Positions 15,895 to 31,232 of a DNA stretch of 64,000 nucleotides are shown here, piece after piece. Position 1 is the stretch's first letter, and each line of letters begins with the position of its first letter. Where the stretch lies: assembly GCF_009914755.1 (NCBI RefSeq), contig NC_060925.1. One strand, 5' to 3'. Position numbers and translations under genes: made by a program. The DNA comes from the human T2T-CHM13v2.0 reference genome, Homo sapiens. The notes under the pieces are model-generated. The model was given only the letters and a program-made list of their open reading frames with translations, was not told where the DNA came from and searched no databases.

Positions 15895-18800
15895 ATCTCC
15901 TTTCTTCACCTAAACCCTAGAGAGCAATTTGAATTGTATTCTGTGTAGAATTTTCTATCTTAACTTCTTTTCATATAAGTTGAAATCTTGACAGACAGCT
16001 GAATATTATTCTTTTTGTAAGATTACATAGAGAGTCGTGTCCACTAAATTTGAAAGTAAATGTCCTGCATCAAAACAACAAAAATGAAAACCACAGCTAT
16101 CTTTTAAAAGCTCCATTCTTTATTGTTTTACAAATATTATCTAATTGAATTCACCAAGCAATCAAATGAGATAGGATTATTAAAATACCCATTTTATAGA
16201 GGGGTATAAATTTATAAATCAGAATTAATTTTAATTAATAGATGGGAACACTGAAGATCAGATGAGTTGTGACATTTGTTCAATGTGACCACAACTACTA
16301 AACTATTAGTCAATCAAATGTATAAATGACAAAGCCTATGATCTTTCCCCTGTAGTACATGGATCTGGAATAACACTGCGAATTTGCCTTTTCTATAAAA
16401 CCAAGCGCTGAGAACTAAATATAAACAAAATACACAATTCTCACCTGAGCCAAATAACAACAGAGAATTTGTATGTATCCTAATTATGCTTTCATTAATT
16501 TATACGTGTTTTATTTTTCCCTATGTCCTCATTAAAAATAGACAAACTAGACGGTAGGAAGTTTGCATAATATAGTAGAAATATGTATAAGCCCTCAGGA
16601 TCTACAACAAAACAAAAATGAAATGTGTGTTTTTATGTTGCATCAGAATATCCTGCTTTCCCTGACTGCTTTACCCAACCTGCCACTTACAATAGGCTCA
16701 AAGAATTTCAATTATTTAAAGGATCTAGTCTCCACCAACTATGCCAATCTTTTTCCAGGCAAAATGAAAACTAGGAAATGCTATGATGTTATTTTCTTGG
16801 GTTAAAAAAAATTGTTAAGAAATTTTAATTAAATATTCCATGTTCAGGCCACACGAGTATTAGATAGTTTTATCAGACTTTTACATGGGAGTGACGTTGT
16901 CAAAAACAGGATTCTTCTGGGTTTCAGGCATAGCCCTGTGTTACAAAGTAGATGCTGACTGTTTGCATGATAAATGAATAAAGAGTCTCCTTCAGAAGAC
17001 TTGAGGGAATGGAGACTTGCCTAGGATTGTAGGGATGGGCAAGAAAGGACAAGTAGGCTTAGAGAGCCAGGGAAGATGGAGAATGGAAAAGATGACGGAG
17101 CCTGGGAACAAGAGATGCTGGAGGCAGGGGGCCATAGAGGACTCCACCAGGCTGCGGGCTTCCTTAGGACAGATAAGAGGCATTATGGGCCAAAACGTGC
17201 AGTGGTTTTAATAGAAAATGTTAATAATATCATTTACAAATGAATCGTAAGGATGGCTATGAAACAAACATGGCAAGGAAACGTTTTATAAGTTTGATGA
17301 AACAAAAGCCCTTGTCTGTTGGTCAAACTGCATTGATCGGATCAGTTAGGAAGAATATTGCAGAAAAGGAATGAGTGGGCTACCAGGTAGCGCCTGGAGA
17401 CCTGAGTCACACATGGATACAGCTGCCTGAATCACAATGGCAGGGTCACATGAATGTTGCCAGGTCATATGGGTCTTCAATATAGAACAAAACGTCAATC
17501 AACAAAAATTAGGAGGGACTGTAGGTTCAAGAAGACCACATAATTTACTGTGTTTTCAAAATTCAAGATGTTATTTGTCCAGAGGGAGATATACACACAC
17601 ACACACGTGCAAATATAGACTGTGGTTATATTTTCCATTAAATGATAGTGTTCTAAGATCAAATATTTCACAATCTTACCAGATAACTTTGCTAGATAGT
17701 GTTTGGTCATAAATTTCAGGACAAATGGAGAGGTAAAAAAAGGTATTCTTAAGCTTGTAGAATTCTTGAGAATGGGGCTGCTTTGGATGGTGAGGGGGTG
17801 AACAGTCCTTCTGGATGTTTTCCAAAGCTGAAGTGCCCCCTGCTTCTCCAAAGATAGAGCAGCTGCTTCTCAACGGGTGTGTCAACCAATAACTGCTTGA
17901 GTAGATGAGTGAGAGTAAGACTGTGGGTGTGTGCGCGCACACACACTTGAAGATTTATAATTAATAAATCAAATGAAAGTAAGAATTCCACATACAATGA
18001 TAATTTGCCTAATACTTCTTATCTACCCAGAGTCTCACGTTTGCAGAAACTCTAATCCCCTTCTAATTGTACACAGTAACCATCCCAATTTCTAGCACAG
18101 TGTGAGAGCCATAATAAGAACTTGCTAACAGAATAAACTTGAACCAGAGGTACAGTGTGTACACAAATCAGTGAATGTGAATAACAATATTCACGATCAT
18201 AACAAACCCTTATATAGGCACTAAAATGGTCAAACACTGTTCTATCCTCTTCACAGGTATTAACTGATTTAATCTGCACAACCACCTATGAGGCAGGTTC
18301 TGTTATCGCCCTGATTTTGCTATTGAGGAAACTGAGGCATACAGAGTTCATCCTCTTGCCCGAGGTTGCACAGCTAATAAGTAGGTCAAAAAACAAAACA
18401 AAACAAAAACCTCAGCTCCACTCCTGGCTCATTTCTGCAGTCTTGCTAAGATCTGCTAACCACTGTGTAGAGGTAGGATCCAGGCTCGTACTTCCCAAAA
18501 ACAACCTCCTGGATCACCGAGCTCTTATGCTTGCTATTTCATAAATACTGTTTGATTTTAAAAAATCATAATTTCTCGAAATCAAACAATTCTGATGTAT
18601 CATCAGTTGGCAATCACAGCTCACTGGTAGACCAGTATCTAATTGATTTCACATAAATACATCTCCTTAAGATTCCATTGTTGCAGCTCATTAATTATTT
18701 TATAGGTTCCTCACAGTGAATTCATAGAGTGTGAGATTTTTTTTTTTAACCCAGTGAATTAGGTAGCTCTACTAATGAGCCTCTGTCAGTTATATTTCCT

Positions 18801-19197
18801 GACTGTTTCTGAACAGGCTTGATTTCATAAATTCCCATCATTTTGTCTCATAAATTAGCAATCAAGATGTCCCAGGAATTTCAACATTTTAGGGTGGCAA
18901 CTCATCATCCAGACAGAAACAAAAACCTTTTGCCCAACCATGTATTTTCATAAAATTCTAACATACAGTTATCATGAAACTCTAGACCTCAGCAGCCCTT
19001 AGCAGGCTGTGATACGGAGTAAGGGCACCGTCCAGTTTCCTTTAGCACAGAAGGAAACAAACACAAACAGATTAACACCAGGAAAGAGACAAGAAAAACA
19101 AAGTGGGTTTTTCAGGGTGGAAACCCAAACAGCAACCTTTTGGAGGTACAGATTAAAAACACATTTTAAATCAGCATGTCTGTTTCCATGCAAATGA

Positions 19198-19403
19198 AAA
19201 ATAAAAAAGCACATATTCATCATTCCTGTTAGTAACAACCATCACACTCACTCTTACAAAATTGCTACTCTTCCAGAGACCAGATCAATAAAATGTGTGC
19301 AAAATAAAAAAGCACATATTCATCATTCCTGTTAGTAGCAACCATCACACTCACTCTAACAAAATTGCTACTCTTCCAGAGACCAGACCAATAAAATGTG
19401 TGC
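19198..19403. repeat. Tandem duplication, 2 x 103 bp (3 mismatches)
   Basis: 19198-19300 aligned to 19301-19403 by eye. Confidence 0.95.
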
Positions 19404-20135
19404 GTCTGCTGCTGAGCTGTTCTGCCTACCACTGGCTACGTGGTTTCTTGGTATATTTTCTTATTGCTACATTATAAAAGACATCTGGGCTGCTTTTTGG
19501 TTATGGGCTGCTCTTTATGTATGTGCCATCTAAGGTTCCATTTAGGACTTTTCTGGCTCTGTTGGTTTAAAATTAAATGTCACATTTGACTATTGTCCCC
19601 CAACTAAAAAAATATTATCTTTAAAAAAATTAATGAAAAAGAAGCTGTGAACCTGACACATTTTTTTATCACACGTATCTGTGAAGGATAGTGTTTGGCA
19701 CCAGAATATTTTAAAGAAAATTTAAATTTGTTCACTTGAGTAATCAGGGTGTGAACTATTTTTTCCTAGCATATTTTTGCACGCAATAAACCAATGAGAG
19801 ACTATCTGCCAATATTTATAGGGTCTTGGTAAAGATAAAAGGGCACACACAAGTCCAAAGACTGCCTGCCCAAAGTTTGAAAGGTTTGGATAGTCTTGAA
19901 TTTCCTTTTCCATTTGAAAGATAAAATCAGGTAAAAATTTAAATCAAAGTAGCTTTCAGTTAGTGCCTTTTTATAGGCAGTGAAGTTTTAGGGTAAAACT
20001 TGGTGATTTTTATCTGCAAAGAACAGGATATAGGGGTCCTTGAACTGCACCCAAAAAGAAGGAGTTGGCAGCAAGTACCTGTTTCCTTTCTCCATTCTTC
20101 ATCACTTCACAATTATTCCCCTACCTGCCCAGTGA

Positions 20136-20495
<360 letters not shown>

Positions 20496-21323
20496 TCTCT
20501 AAAATTAATCTTTAAGTGCCCAAGAAATGCGGTCTTCAGATAAGTTCCCCCAGACCTTTTAATGCTAACCTGTTGTGCATACCGCTCTAGGGGTTGAGAG
20601 AGGGGAATCGGGGCAAGGTGAGAGGGAGCCACTCAGGCAACAAAACACCCTAAATTCTGCATGCTTGCTCTTTAAGACCATAGTCCATGCCTGGCTTTTG
20701 GCCAGTGGAGACCAAAGGCTTGAGATTCTGCAGAAACAGTCACTTGGCCACCAACAAACTAGAAAAACTAGAAGAAGAGGAGAGAAATTCCACTACCTTG
20801 TTGAAGTGAGAACCCTCCGAACATCATTGCTTCCCCACAGGACATGGCCAGGGACAGACAGGTATGGCGAGAACTGCAAGATCAGCCTCACAGCACCTTT
20901 AATCCATTTAATTCCCAAAGCAGATAAAGCCCCTCTATCCTTCATGTTTGCAAAGGCAGATCTCCCCCTTGTAAAGAGGCAAAGCAAAATTAGGCTCAAA
21001 ACTACAGAAAACCAGCTGGTTTTACATTGTACAGAAGTCTGTTGCTATTAGGGAGATGAGAGGCAGCTAAGAGGTGTCTCTTCGGCAGGAGCAGTATGAC
21101 TCTACCAGAAGACATTATTCTAAACTAGGTCTCTTCCTAAAAGCTTGCCTGTGAGTTCAACGATAGTTAGGTCATAGGCAGTAAGTTGAAAAATTCCATT
21201 TGTTGGCAGCAGGCCAGTTGTTAGAGAGTGACTTGAACTAAGCTTCTAAGTGTTATCATCTTTCTACATCAATAACATCTAGCATCTACCTTTCTACATC
21301 AATAACATCTACCTAAAGTCATA

Positions 21324-21625
<302 letters not shown>

Positions 21626-21854
21626 CTACTCCTATCATTCAAGGCTGGAAGAAGAGTAGGAAATTTCCTTTGAAGCCTTGAGAAAGGGCCATCTGTATTA
21701 TGCAATGGCAGAGTGCTTGCAATAGTACCACCTGCTATAAAATAGAACATGGAAAATACAACTAATGAACTTGTGAAGCTGGCTGAAATTCTTCAGGCAG
21801 ATTACAAGTTTTTGAAGTACTTCTATAGTAACTATAGAAGTAAACTACAGTTTA

Positions 21855-22221
<367 letters not shown>

Positions 22222-22349
22222 TTAAATGGCTCTGGCCTAAAGAAAAGACAAATTTTTGGCTTGCATGTTTCCAAATCAAGAGAAGCCCACATGAGAATCC
22301 TCACTCAGATCCAGACCTGATGCAAATAAAGAGACTCTGGATTTTGAGC

Positions 22350-22920
22350 TGAAGGAGTGAAGGATGTGCCATCTCAAAATATGTCAGGTTGGTATATTGG
22401 TGATTATTTCAAGTGGAAAACACGGGGAAAATTGTAGTTCAGTAAGGGATCGCTGACCTGTCTCTTCCTGTGGGCAGCAAACCATAAAGATTCTTCTGAG
22501 AAGCACATCCTCCCTGTACCAGGGTGAGAAAATAGCCCTTATCACCAGAGACGGGAAACTGGGGGCTGCCATGGACCTGAATAAACACACTTAATGAAGT
22601 GATCCTATCTCCCACTGGTTTTATACCCCTTCTATATCTCCTAGTGACTCCCCTAGAAATTGACTGCCCCCACACACATCCCCTTTGTCCTGTCATTTCT
22701 CCTCAAATTTATCATTCTTTGTCTAAAAAGTATAAAAACATCTTACTTTGGCCACTTCTTTGGACTTCGCTCTCTTGTGAAGATCCACATGTACGAGTAA
22801 AACTAATAAAATCTGTAGACTTTTCTCCTGCTAATCTGCCTGGTGTCAATTTCTAGATCTAGCCAAAGAGCCCACGTAAGAGCAAAAGGGGTATTGGAGG
22901 TGATCTCTGGCTTCCTTCCA
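22350..22920 (+). mobile_element. Solo ERV1 LTR (MER34/MER39-like)
   Basis: TG...CA termini, 4-bp TSD gagc on both sides, internal tataaaa and aataaa. Confidence 0.78.
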
Positions 22921-23017
22921 GAGCCCTTGATGTAGTAGAATTCCCACTTTGAGGAATAAGGTGAATGTGTTTTGCATGTAAAAGAGAGATATGAATTGCT
23001 ATGGCCAGAGAATGGGC

Positions 23018-23453
23018 TGTGGTATGTTATTTCCAAAGATGGCCACCAATAATCCTCATTCCTGTACTTGGATGTTGCTCCTCCCTTCCTGGACTTGAGA
23101 CGTGCTTCTACCAATGGAATAGATTGGGAGCAACATGCTAGGATTCCAGAGCTCTTTGCCTTCTGAGGATCCAACCACCATGTAAAGAGCTCAAGATGAT
23201 TTACTGAATCATGACAGAACATGCAGAGAGACTCAGCCATCCCAGACGTTCCAGTCACCCCAGCTGAGATACCAGATATGTGAGGAAAGCCATCCAGGAT
23301 TCTCCATCCCCAGGCAACCCACCCCAGCCAATACCATATGGATCAGAGATAAGTCCTCTCTGCCCAAACCTGCCCAGAATCATGAACAAATAGATACTAT
23401 TTCTTTAAACCACTATATTTTAGGAGACATTATGGAATAATAAATCCTGAAAC
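23018..23453 (+). mobile_element. MaLR LTR (MLT1H/I/J-like)
   Basis: tgtggtatgttatttccaaagatggccacc ... tttaaaccactatattttagg. Confidence 0.65.
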
Positions 23454-24427
23454 ACTTACTTAAACTTTAGTAGAGATGGAAAAGTGTAGAACACAGTTAG
23501 TAAACTCATTCCATTCTTCTTTAGTTATGGCCTTCGTGTTTTTTGTTTTTTGTTTTTATTTTCCAGTAACTTTTGACTTTAAAATAGTATAATTGAATAG
23601 ATTCAATAGCTTTCAAAGTACCAATGAGATCATGATTATAAGCTTAATACCACTACATTTTGCATAAAAGGAGACAAAACTTATTTTGCCCTTGACTTAC
23701 ATATGATATTTAAGTGTAGGCCAATGGCTATATATTTAGATAGGGTAGCTTAATGTAAACTATCATGGTTGTACCAATATAAAGAAAAACACTAAAATCA
23801 CCAGCACCATTTTCTTACACCCAGAGCATTTTATTCAGAAATTGTTTAGATCATTAAGTCAGTTTTCTAAAGGTAGTTCTCCGAGCCTTATTTTTGAAAA
23901 GAGATAAGCATATTTCTTTTTCCCATTCATCCAAATACGACAGTCGAGAAAAACAACTATCCTGGGAAATTTCACTCTATTAAAAAAATGTGGCTGTGGG
24001 TGAATTATAACTTGAAAGGTGAATTATAACACAAATTAACCAAATAAATGCCTCAGCGAGCAGTTACAGAATTAGAACTGTAAACACGCTAGTTGGGCGA
24101 AGCAGAATTCTGGACCATGCCATTGACAGAGATTATCGTGTAAATAGCACGCCCTGAAGTTGTACAACACAGCAATTCTGTATAAAGAGCCGACTGTAGG
24201 CAAAGATGAAACATAATTTTGTCCTTGCAAACCTGGCATTCTAGTAGGAGCTGAGTGACATATGATTAACAACGACACATCTACATAAATGTAATAATGT
24301 ACATGTACTCTGGGTGTGTGTAGACTAAAATAAATGAGCTTGAGTTTGAGGAGTGGAGGAGCAGAATACTAAGGAGTGGAAAATGCACATAAGTAAAATC
24401 ATCACACACACAGAGGATGTAGCTTAC

Positions 24428-24596
24428 CTGACATGCTGATGGATGAGTGTGGTTGAGATCCCAATGGGAAGACACTATGTCAACAGACTTTTTGGCCATG
24501 TTGAGTAAATTCATCCAGCCTTGGAAAAGTGATAAGTGAAATGGTGCATTTTCTGAATAGTTAAGGCCTTCAGGAATATTTTCCACCAGGGCAATT
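24428..24596 (-). CDS. PLD5: PLD5 internal coding exon (169 bp, probably exon 3): (R)IALVENIPEGLNYSENAPFHLSLFQGWMNLLNMAKKSVDIVSSHWDLNHTHPSACQ
   Basis: Peptide recognised as PLD5, in the PLD3/4/5 N-terminal luminal region (LVENIPEGL...AKKSVDIVSSHW; sequons NYS and NHT). Acceptor ttttctaag|A, donor CAG|gtaagc; phase 2 in, phase 0 out. Confidence 0.96.
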
Positions 24597-25391
24597 CTTA
24601 GAAAAGATTTTGAAAAACAAACAAACAAAATCTAGTCAAATTTGAAGCCACAGATCTTTATATATGCATACAGCAGACATCTAAAAAATATTCTTTACTC
24701 ATTCTGAATGCATTCTCTCCTCATAATTTACATATTTTTTCCACAAAAGTCTTCTTACATTTAACCTCTACTAACCTACTGTGTTCTGAGAGTTTATGCT
24801 CTACTTTTCCATAGTTAGCACTCACATTTCAGAAAATAACAGAGTATGTCTCTAATGTCCAGTTTCAATCTAGCCTGGAAAAAAAATTGTGAGCTTCCTA
24901 CACAAGTACCTTCTTCTAGTAATATATTCCTTTATTTTTCCCTGGAAGCAATTCAATTCCTATATAAGATACTACTTTGCAAGCTATTTGAGACTATAAA
25001 TTGAGTTTTGCCTATCTCCAGTTTCTAAAACAATGTGGGGCATACATTGGAACTCAATAAATGCAGTAATTATTGCTGAGCATCTACTGATGCTTCCTAG
25101 CCTATGGTGTAAAGTGACACTGAGAAGAAAATTATAAAACCTGCTTGTTGCAGGGCTTTACTAATATTAGAGCTAAGAAAAGGATAAAATTATAGTATTA
25201 ATCAAGCCCTAAATAAACTGCAATTGGCAATATTCTAATAAGTTTGTTTTCTCTTTTTATACTTTTTATTATATTGACAATATATCTGTTGTATTGTCAT
25301 ACCTTTCCTTGGCTGCCTTTTTTTCACTTCTGAATTAGGTGACAGATAACTTCTGAACAAAGGAATGAGCTATTTTTTCCAGCTTTATTAA

Positions 25392-25720
<329 letters not shown>

Positions 25721-26074
25721 TCCTGCAATTCTTGATGGAAAACCTCAAGTCCTTATGAAAATACCTGTTAGGTGCTTCCAGAACACCGATTTGCATTGCT
25801 GTATGCACAGAGCCAGAGATATAATTAGGGCTCACAAAATACTTACAGAATAAATTTCAGCTTTCAATAAAGAATTCAGCACTTCTCAATAAAATACTTA
25901 ATTGTTACTCTTACTGAGACATGTTGCATTTAGCCAGCTTTTGAAACAAAAACAATACTGCTAGTAAAATGTTCTGTATTTGATCAACCTAAAATATTAT
26001 AACCAGAATGGGCTCTGGGTATGTGGCTCAGGTAAATTTGCAGTTTTGGAGTCCAATCAGCCTATCATCACCCA

Positions 26075-27560
26075 AAAATTTATTTAAAATTTGTTGAGCC
26101 TTTATAAGCACAGGGCAGGCAAATCACTATGTGCAACACAGAAATGACTACCACAAATCTCCCTAGCCCTCAGAAACAGAATTTAGTGGAAAAGCCTATC
26201 TCATATGTACTGACTCAAATAGGAGGTAGACTCTAATAAATGGTGAAGCAAGGGTAAGAAGCTTAATCAGAGGGAAAACACATCACTTAAAGAATCACTG
26301 GAACATGCGCAGGAAGGAAAAATTCTGATTGGGGACATCTAGGAGGAAGCTGGGCTTGAAATCTGGAGGAAGCTGGGCTTGAAATTCGTCTTCAAAGATG
26401 AAAATTTTTTATGAGTGAGTTGGAAGAGAAAGATATTCTAGGAGGAGTTTGTAAAACATAGCATGTCTGTATATTTGTGAGTTAGTGAGCCAAGGGGAGC
26501 GTGAAGTAGGAAAGTTACGGTAGGAGCTTGTGATGGTGGAGAAAGCTGGCAGCATTTGTAGGGACCACAGTGCAGAGGCTGTGATCAAGGGAGAAGAGTT
26601 TGGACTTAATTTTGTCGCATTTGGGAGCAACCAAGTGTGTTTTAGGGAGCTAAGTCTGACAGCACACCTGTACGCCACTGGCATGGAGAAACGGGAAATA
26701 GAAGATAAGTCAGTAGAGAGTAAAGCGCTGCAATAGACCAGGGGAAAAAAAGAAGCTTGAATTTGGTCAGTGAGAATGAAAAGAAGCATGCAGTGGACAT
26801 TTTCAAGGTCAAATCTTAAAAGTATGAGGGGCAGGTAAAGCAGAAACAATGAGGACACAGATTTTCTTGCAAAACCAACATATTGTCTCTTAACTGGGCT
26901 GTATAACCCCCTCCAATGGTCTCCTCACATGGGTTCCTGCCCTTCTCCAAATCATTTTCCCTACTAGTGTTGGATTAATCTTTTAAAAATGTGAATCTGG
27001 ACACTCTGCCTGCTGCCTAATGAAACTTCCTATGGACCTCCCCACTGTCTTTAGGATGATGCCCTTGACCCGCCCCCACATGATTGACAAGTGTTTACCA
27101 GCCTGGCCTGCCTCTCTGCAGCTTCACTGGATTCAAATGCCCTTTGTGAATTCCATACCACAGCCATATTTGTCATCTTTACTTCCTTCCCCACTATTCT
27201 TTCTGACTTTTGCATTTCACATGCATTGTCCTAATCCCAATTCCTACACTGGTTATTGAGCCATCTCCCAGTTAACCTTTAAAGTTCCAATCAAAACTTC
27301 ACTTCTCCTGATTGGCTTCCTTATACCCCCAAACTAGGCTAGATCCCCTTAATATCAACTTCTGCAGTGACCTGCTCCTCCTCTTTCATCCTACACCTCA
27401 CTCCTGAAATTACTTGATTAAGGCCTTCCTTGATGGATTATAGGATGTGTGAGGGCAGGATGTTTTGTTGGTCCGGAATTGTATGCCCAGTGCCTAACGT
27501 AACTATATACTATAGTATAATTGTGCACAGTGAGTGTCCAAAGAATGCATATTGGGTGTC
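26075..27560. mobile_element. Two L2 fragments in opposite orientation (~26075-26830 minus, ~26900-27560 plus)
   Basis: L2-like text: atttgttgagcctttataag...; gagggcaggatg...gtatgcccagtgcctaac. Confidence 0.55.
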
Positions 27561-27613
27561 ATTAAAATCTCAGCTGGGAGGTGGGGAGCTGGGATCCATT
27601 CAAACTGACAATG

Positions 27614-27922
27614 GGCCAGGTGCGGTGGCTCACACCTGTAATCCCAGCACTTTGGGAGGCCGAGGCGGGCGGATCATGAGGTCAGGAAATTGAGACCATC
27701 TTGGCTAACACGGTGAAACCCCGTCTCTACTAAAAATACAAAAAATTAGCCAGGCGTGGTGGTGGGCGCCTGTAGTCCCAGCTACTCGGGAGGCTGAGGC
27801 AGGAGAATGGCATGAACCCTGGGAGGTGGAGCTTGCAGTGAACCGAGATTGTACCACTGCACTCCAGCCTGGGTGACAGAGCGAGACTCTGTCTCAAAAA
27901 CAAACAAACAAACAAAACAAAA
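27614..27922 (+). mobile_element. AluY-like
   Basis: ggctaacacggtg and gagcttgcagtg diagnostics; (CAAA)n tail. Confidence 0.9.
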
Positions 27923-28644
27923 CCTGACAAAGAACAGGGGAAAGAATGTAAATTGGGGATTGGGAGAGTATCAAAGAAGAAAAGACCATGAGAAAACCAG
28001 TCCAAAGCCTAAAGTGAGGGAAATGCCTACTGACGGTTGAGTGAAACAGATGACAGGGTTCAGAAGAGAGACCTTTAGAGAAGCAGGAAGATGAGAGGGG
28101 TCCAGGAGAAGCAGCGTTCAGGAAGCCAAGGGGAGAGAGAGTTACAAGATGGAAAGGGGATTATTTGATGTACCTCGAGGCCTTCGAAGGCAATAGACAG
28201 AGGTTGAAGTTGGATATCTTAATTCTATCCACATTTAAAGCCCAATTATCTATGTTAATAGAAGCTAGACATAGCACGGATAAATAATCCCAGATACTCA
28301 GTAGTTTCTGCCTCCCCTACAACCGATGGATATATTTAAAAAAACAATCCAATAAACAAACAAAAACATCCCTCCAACAAAACAATGCCAAAACACAACA
28401 GCTGCCACCAAATAAAGAACTAGCTAGTTTTAATTTTGCTTTGATATGATATAAAAGGTATATGGAGAAAGACAAGAGGAGACACAGGAAGCCCAGATAA
28501 ACCAAACATATGAGGGGAGGAATATAGTATAATTGTACAATTACAGATGGCTCCATAACATCGCCTTCTTCGTACTGTCCCTATGGCTTCTCTTGGGCAT
28601 ACAAGTAAGTCACGATTCCCAATCTTTTTTGGAAATCCTTAGAC

Positions 28645-29107
28645 CAGGTGTTCTTAAACTTGGATCTATGGGTAGAATTCAGGGGGATCTATGCACATGA
28701 ATTCTACATCTTTATTTTCCCTAGTCACTAACTAAAATGTAAATTTCCCTTCAGTTATGAACATAGGCAACAAACCATAAGAACATTAATGAAACCTGCA
28801 ATTTTGTCTCCACTAAAAATTTTCCTCCTGTGGTATGGTTATAGACAACATTTCCAAGTCCTTCTCACTACTTTGAAAGTGTGGTAGTGACCGGATCTTG
28901 TCATTTTGTGAATATGTACTGCAGGATACACATGAGCATATTATAAATGTATTTCTAAAAATATTCTGCTCACTTTAACACTTTTAGTTTCCTTTGCAAT
29001 CCTCTGTATTTTAAATCATGAATTTAAAAACATGATTCAGGGAATAATGCATAGGTTTCATCGACTGTCAAAGGGGTCCATGGCTAAAAAAGGGGTAAGA
29101 AGCCCTC
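28645..29107. mobile_element. hAT-Charlie-like DNA transposon remnant
   Basis: caggtgttcttaaactt ... aaaggggtccatggctaaaaaaggggtaagaagccct termini. Confidence 0.55.
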
Positions 29108-29393
29108 ATCAGATGGATAATGTTAACATCTCTTCCCTTTTCTTTGATTACAAACACATTCTTATAAGATTTTATTTTCCTTAGTGATTGACGCTTTAGA
29201 AGTGGGTAAGATGATCAAGAGAGATTTCTTTAAAAAAGAGAATAGAGTCAAAGCCAAATGTGGAAAACATCTAATCAATCCTGGTTGGTAGAGAAAGTGA
29301 AGCAAGAGAAGATGACAAAGAAGAAAGTACTGGAGATATTGGAGGAGGAGGAGAGTGAAATTCCCTGGGAGACAAGGAAGACCGAGTTTATGA

Positions 29394-29725
29394 CAGTAGT
29401 CTTCCTTACCCTTTCTACAGTTTCTACAGTTTCACTTTCTACAGTTTCAGTTACAGTCCAGCAAGGTCTGAAAATATTACATTCAATATGTTATTTTGGA
29501 GCGAGAGACCACGTTCACATAACTTTTATTATAGTATACTGTTATAAGCATTCTGTTTTATTGTTGTTAGTTTCTTACTGTACCTATTTTATAGATTAAA
29601 CATTGTCACAGGTAGATATGAATAGGAAAAAATATAGTACCTTGTAGAGTTCCATAGTATCCAATGCTTCCCACGCCCACTGGGGGTCTTAGAACACATC
29701 CTCTGAGGATAAGTAGGGACTACTG
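29394..29725 (+). mobile_element. MER44A-like (TcMar-Tigger) element
   Basis: TIRs cagtagtc...gactactg; internal gagagaccacgttcacataacttttattatagtata. Confidence 0.8.
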
Positions 29726-31232
29726 TATTACCGTTATTTGGTTTTTACTAAATATCAATATAAACTATGAATTTATAGTAAAATAAAAATAGAGGCAGCA
29801 CTCAAGGTCTGGAGACTACACTTTGTGCAGGTAATGAATTCCAGGGAAAAGCTTGGAAATAATGATCCTATTTACCTGCTCACTCTCCTCCTCTTTCTTT
29901 ACCCAGACATGTTGATTGCTCCTTCTGGGACGCATGGCTGTTTCTTATGCTAGAAAAGGTCTCTAAAAACCAGCTTTGAAATGACTTATTTCTGTGACCT
30001 ATAGTTTTATTTCTTTTAAAAACCAACAGCTGGCTACTCTCCAGAGGCCTGATCTAATTAGCATAGAAGCAGAACTCATTTACATGCCATCACAGCCCTG
30101 AGTATACTCATACTTCTCAAGGTAAGAAAGAAGTAGGCAGATCTCATTGAAATTCACCTTTGGGCAAATCCCTGGAATACCTATTTGCCATCCACAAGAG
30201 AACTCTACCTAGAGGCTGTATAGCACTATTTCTGACACCTGATAACTAGGGGAAAACTGGATATATAGGAATGCAATACAACAAAAATATTTTTATACTT
30301 CTTTTCTTGATAGTTTAAGGTAAACTGTGAGTCCAGGGAGCTTAGGTGGAATAAATACAAGAAAAAGCTTTTTACATTGTTAATAGAATTTTAAATAGAA
30401 TTCGAACTGTTCTTATTAATAGCATGTATTTATTCTCCAAACTTAATGTGATCATCCAAATTTCACTTTCCATCCAGGAACAATATTGTACCTTCTCAAA
30501 GAACTATTTGTAGTTTCCCTTTAATAAGCTACTAAAAAATGAAGTCCATGTATTTGACAGCTTTAAGTGCTGTGTGTGTATGTGTTTTGGTAAACAGAAG
30601 AATCTTTATAAAATATGATACCTTCATACTTGATTTTGGCATTATTGTAGAGAACAGTTTAAAAGGGTTTGTAATAAAGTAGACAAAACACAGCTCTGCC
30701 AGTTATGAGCTGTGTGACCTTCAACAAATTACTAACCTCTTTCAATCTGTTCCCACTTCCGAGCAGAAAAAAGGTTATTACAAAGATTAGAGGAGGGAAT
30801 CTCAGTGACACGCTGTGCTCATTGCCTGCTTCCTAGTAAATGCTAAATGAAAGACATTTTTTAAAGTAACTTAGTCTGAAGACTTATAATTGAAAAAAAT
30901 GTCTCCAAGTTTTCAAACTCATAAAGCACAGTTACTAAAATGCTTCTACATATACTGGCTAAAAGGAGCCTTAGAAACTGGTGCCTACACGACATTTTCA
31001 AAGTGACTGTGAGCTTTCTTTTGTTGCCTAATGCACTGGATCAGTTATCAGGACCTGACCTTAAAAAGGTGCATGGCAGTCAATGCACCGACATTCATTC
31101 TTTAGATCTTGATTTTCTGGTCACATTAATGAAGGGGAACAGATGATCTCGGCTCATCAATACAGTCAGGTTCACACTCAAAGTCAAGTGATGGGTTTTT
31201 TTTACCCTTACTGTGGTCATATGGCTAAAATT

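Noticed and set aside
16436-16470. Possible recursive splice site (tcag|gtgaga on the minus strand) and other isolated strong donors (~34980, ~46066)
   Set aside because: Weak pyrimidine tract or no convincing partner site; such motifs are common by chance in long introns.
20575-21051. 158-codon plus-strand ORF (and 151 aa at 22803-23258, 171 aa at 36403-36918, 149 aa at 26409-26858)
   Set aside because: No recognisable homology; most have non-ATG starts or overlap LTR/L2/Alu sequence, and such lengths are expected by chance in 64 kb.
21260-21311. Short direct repeats (also ~24000-24030, 26342-26385, 56977-57042)
   Set aside because: Ordinary slippage micro-duplications with no further structure.
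24281-24628. 115-aa ORF as a stand-alone gene
   Set aside because: Only 24428-24596 is exon; the flanking residues are intronic read-through beyond the splice sites.
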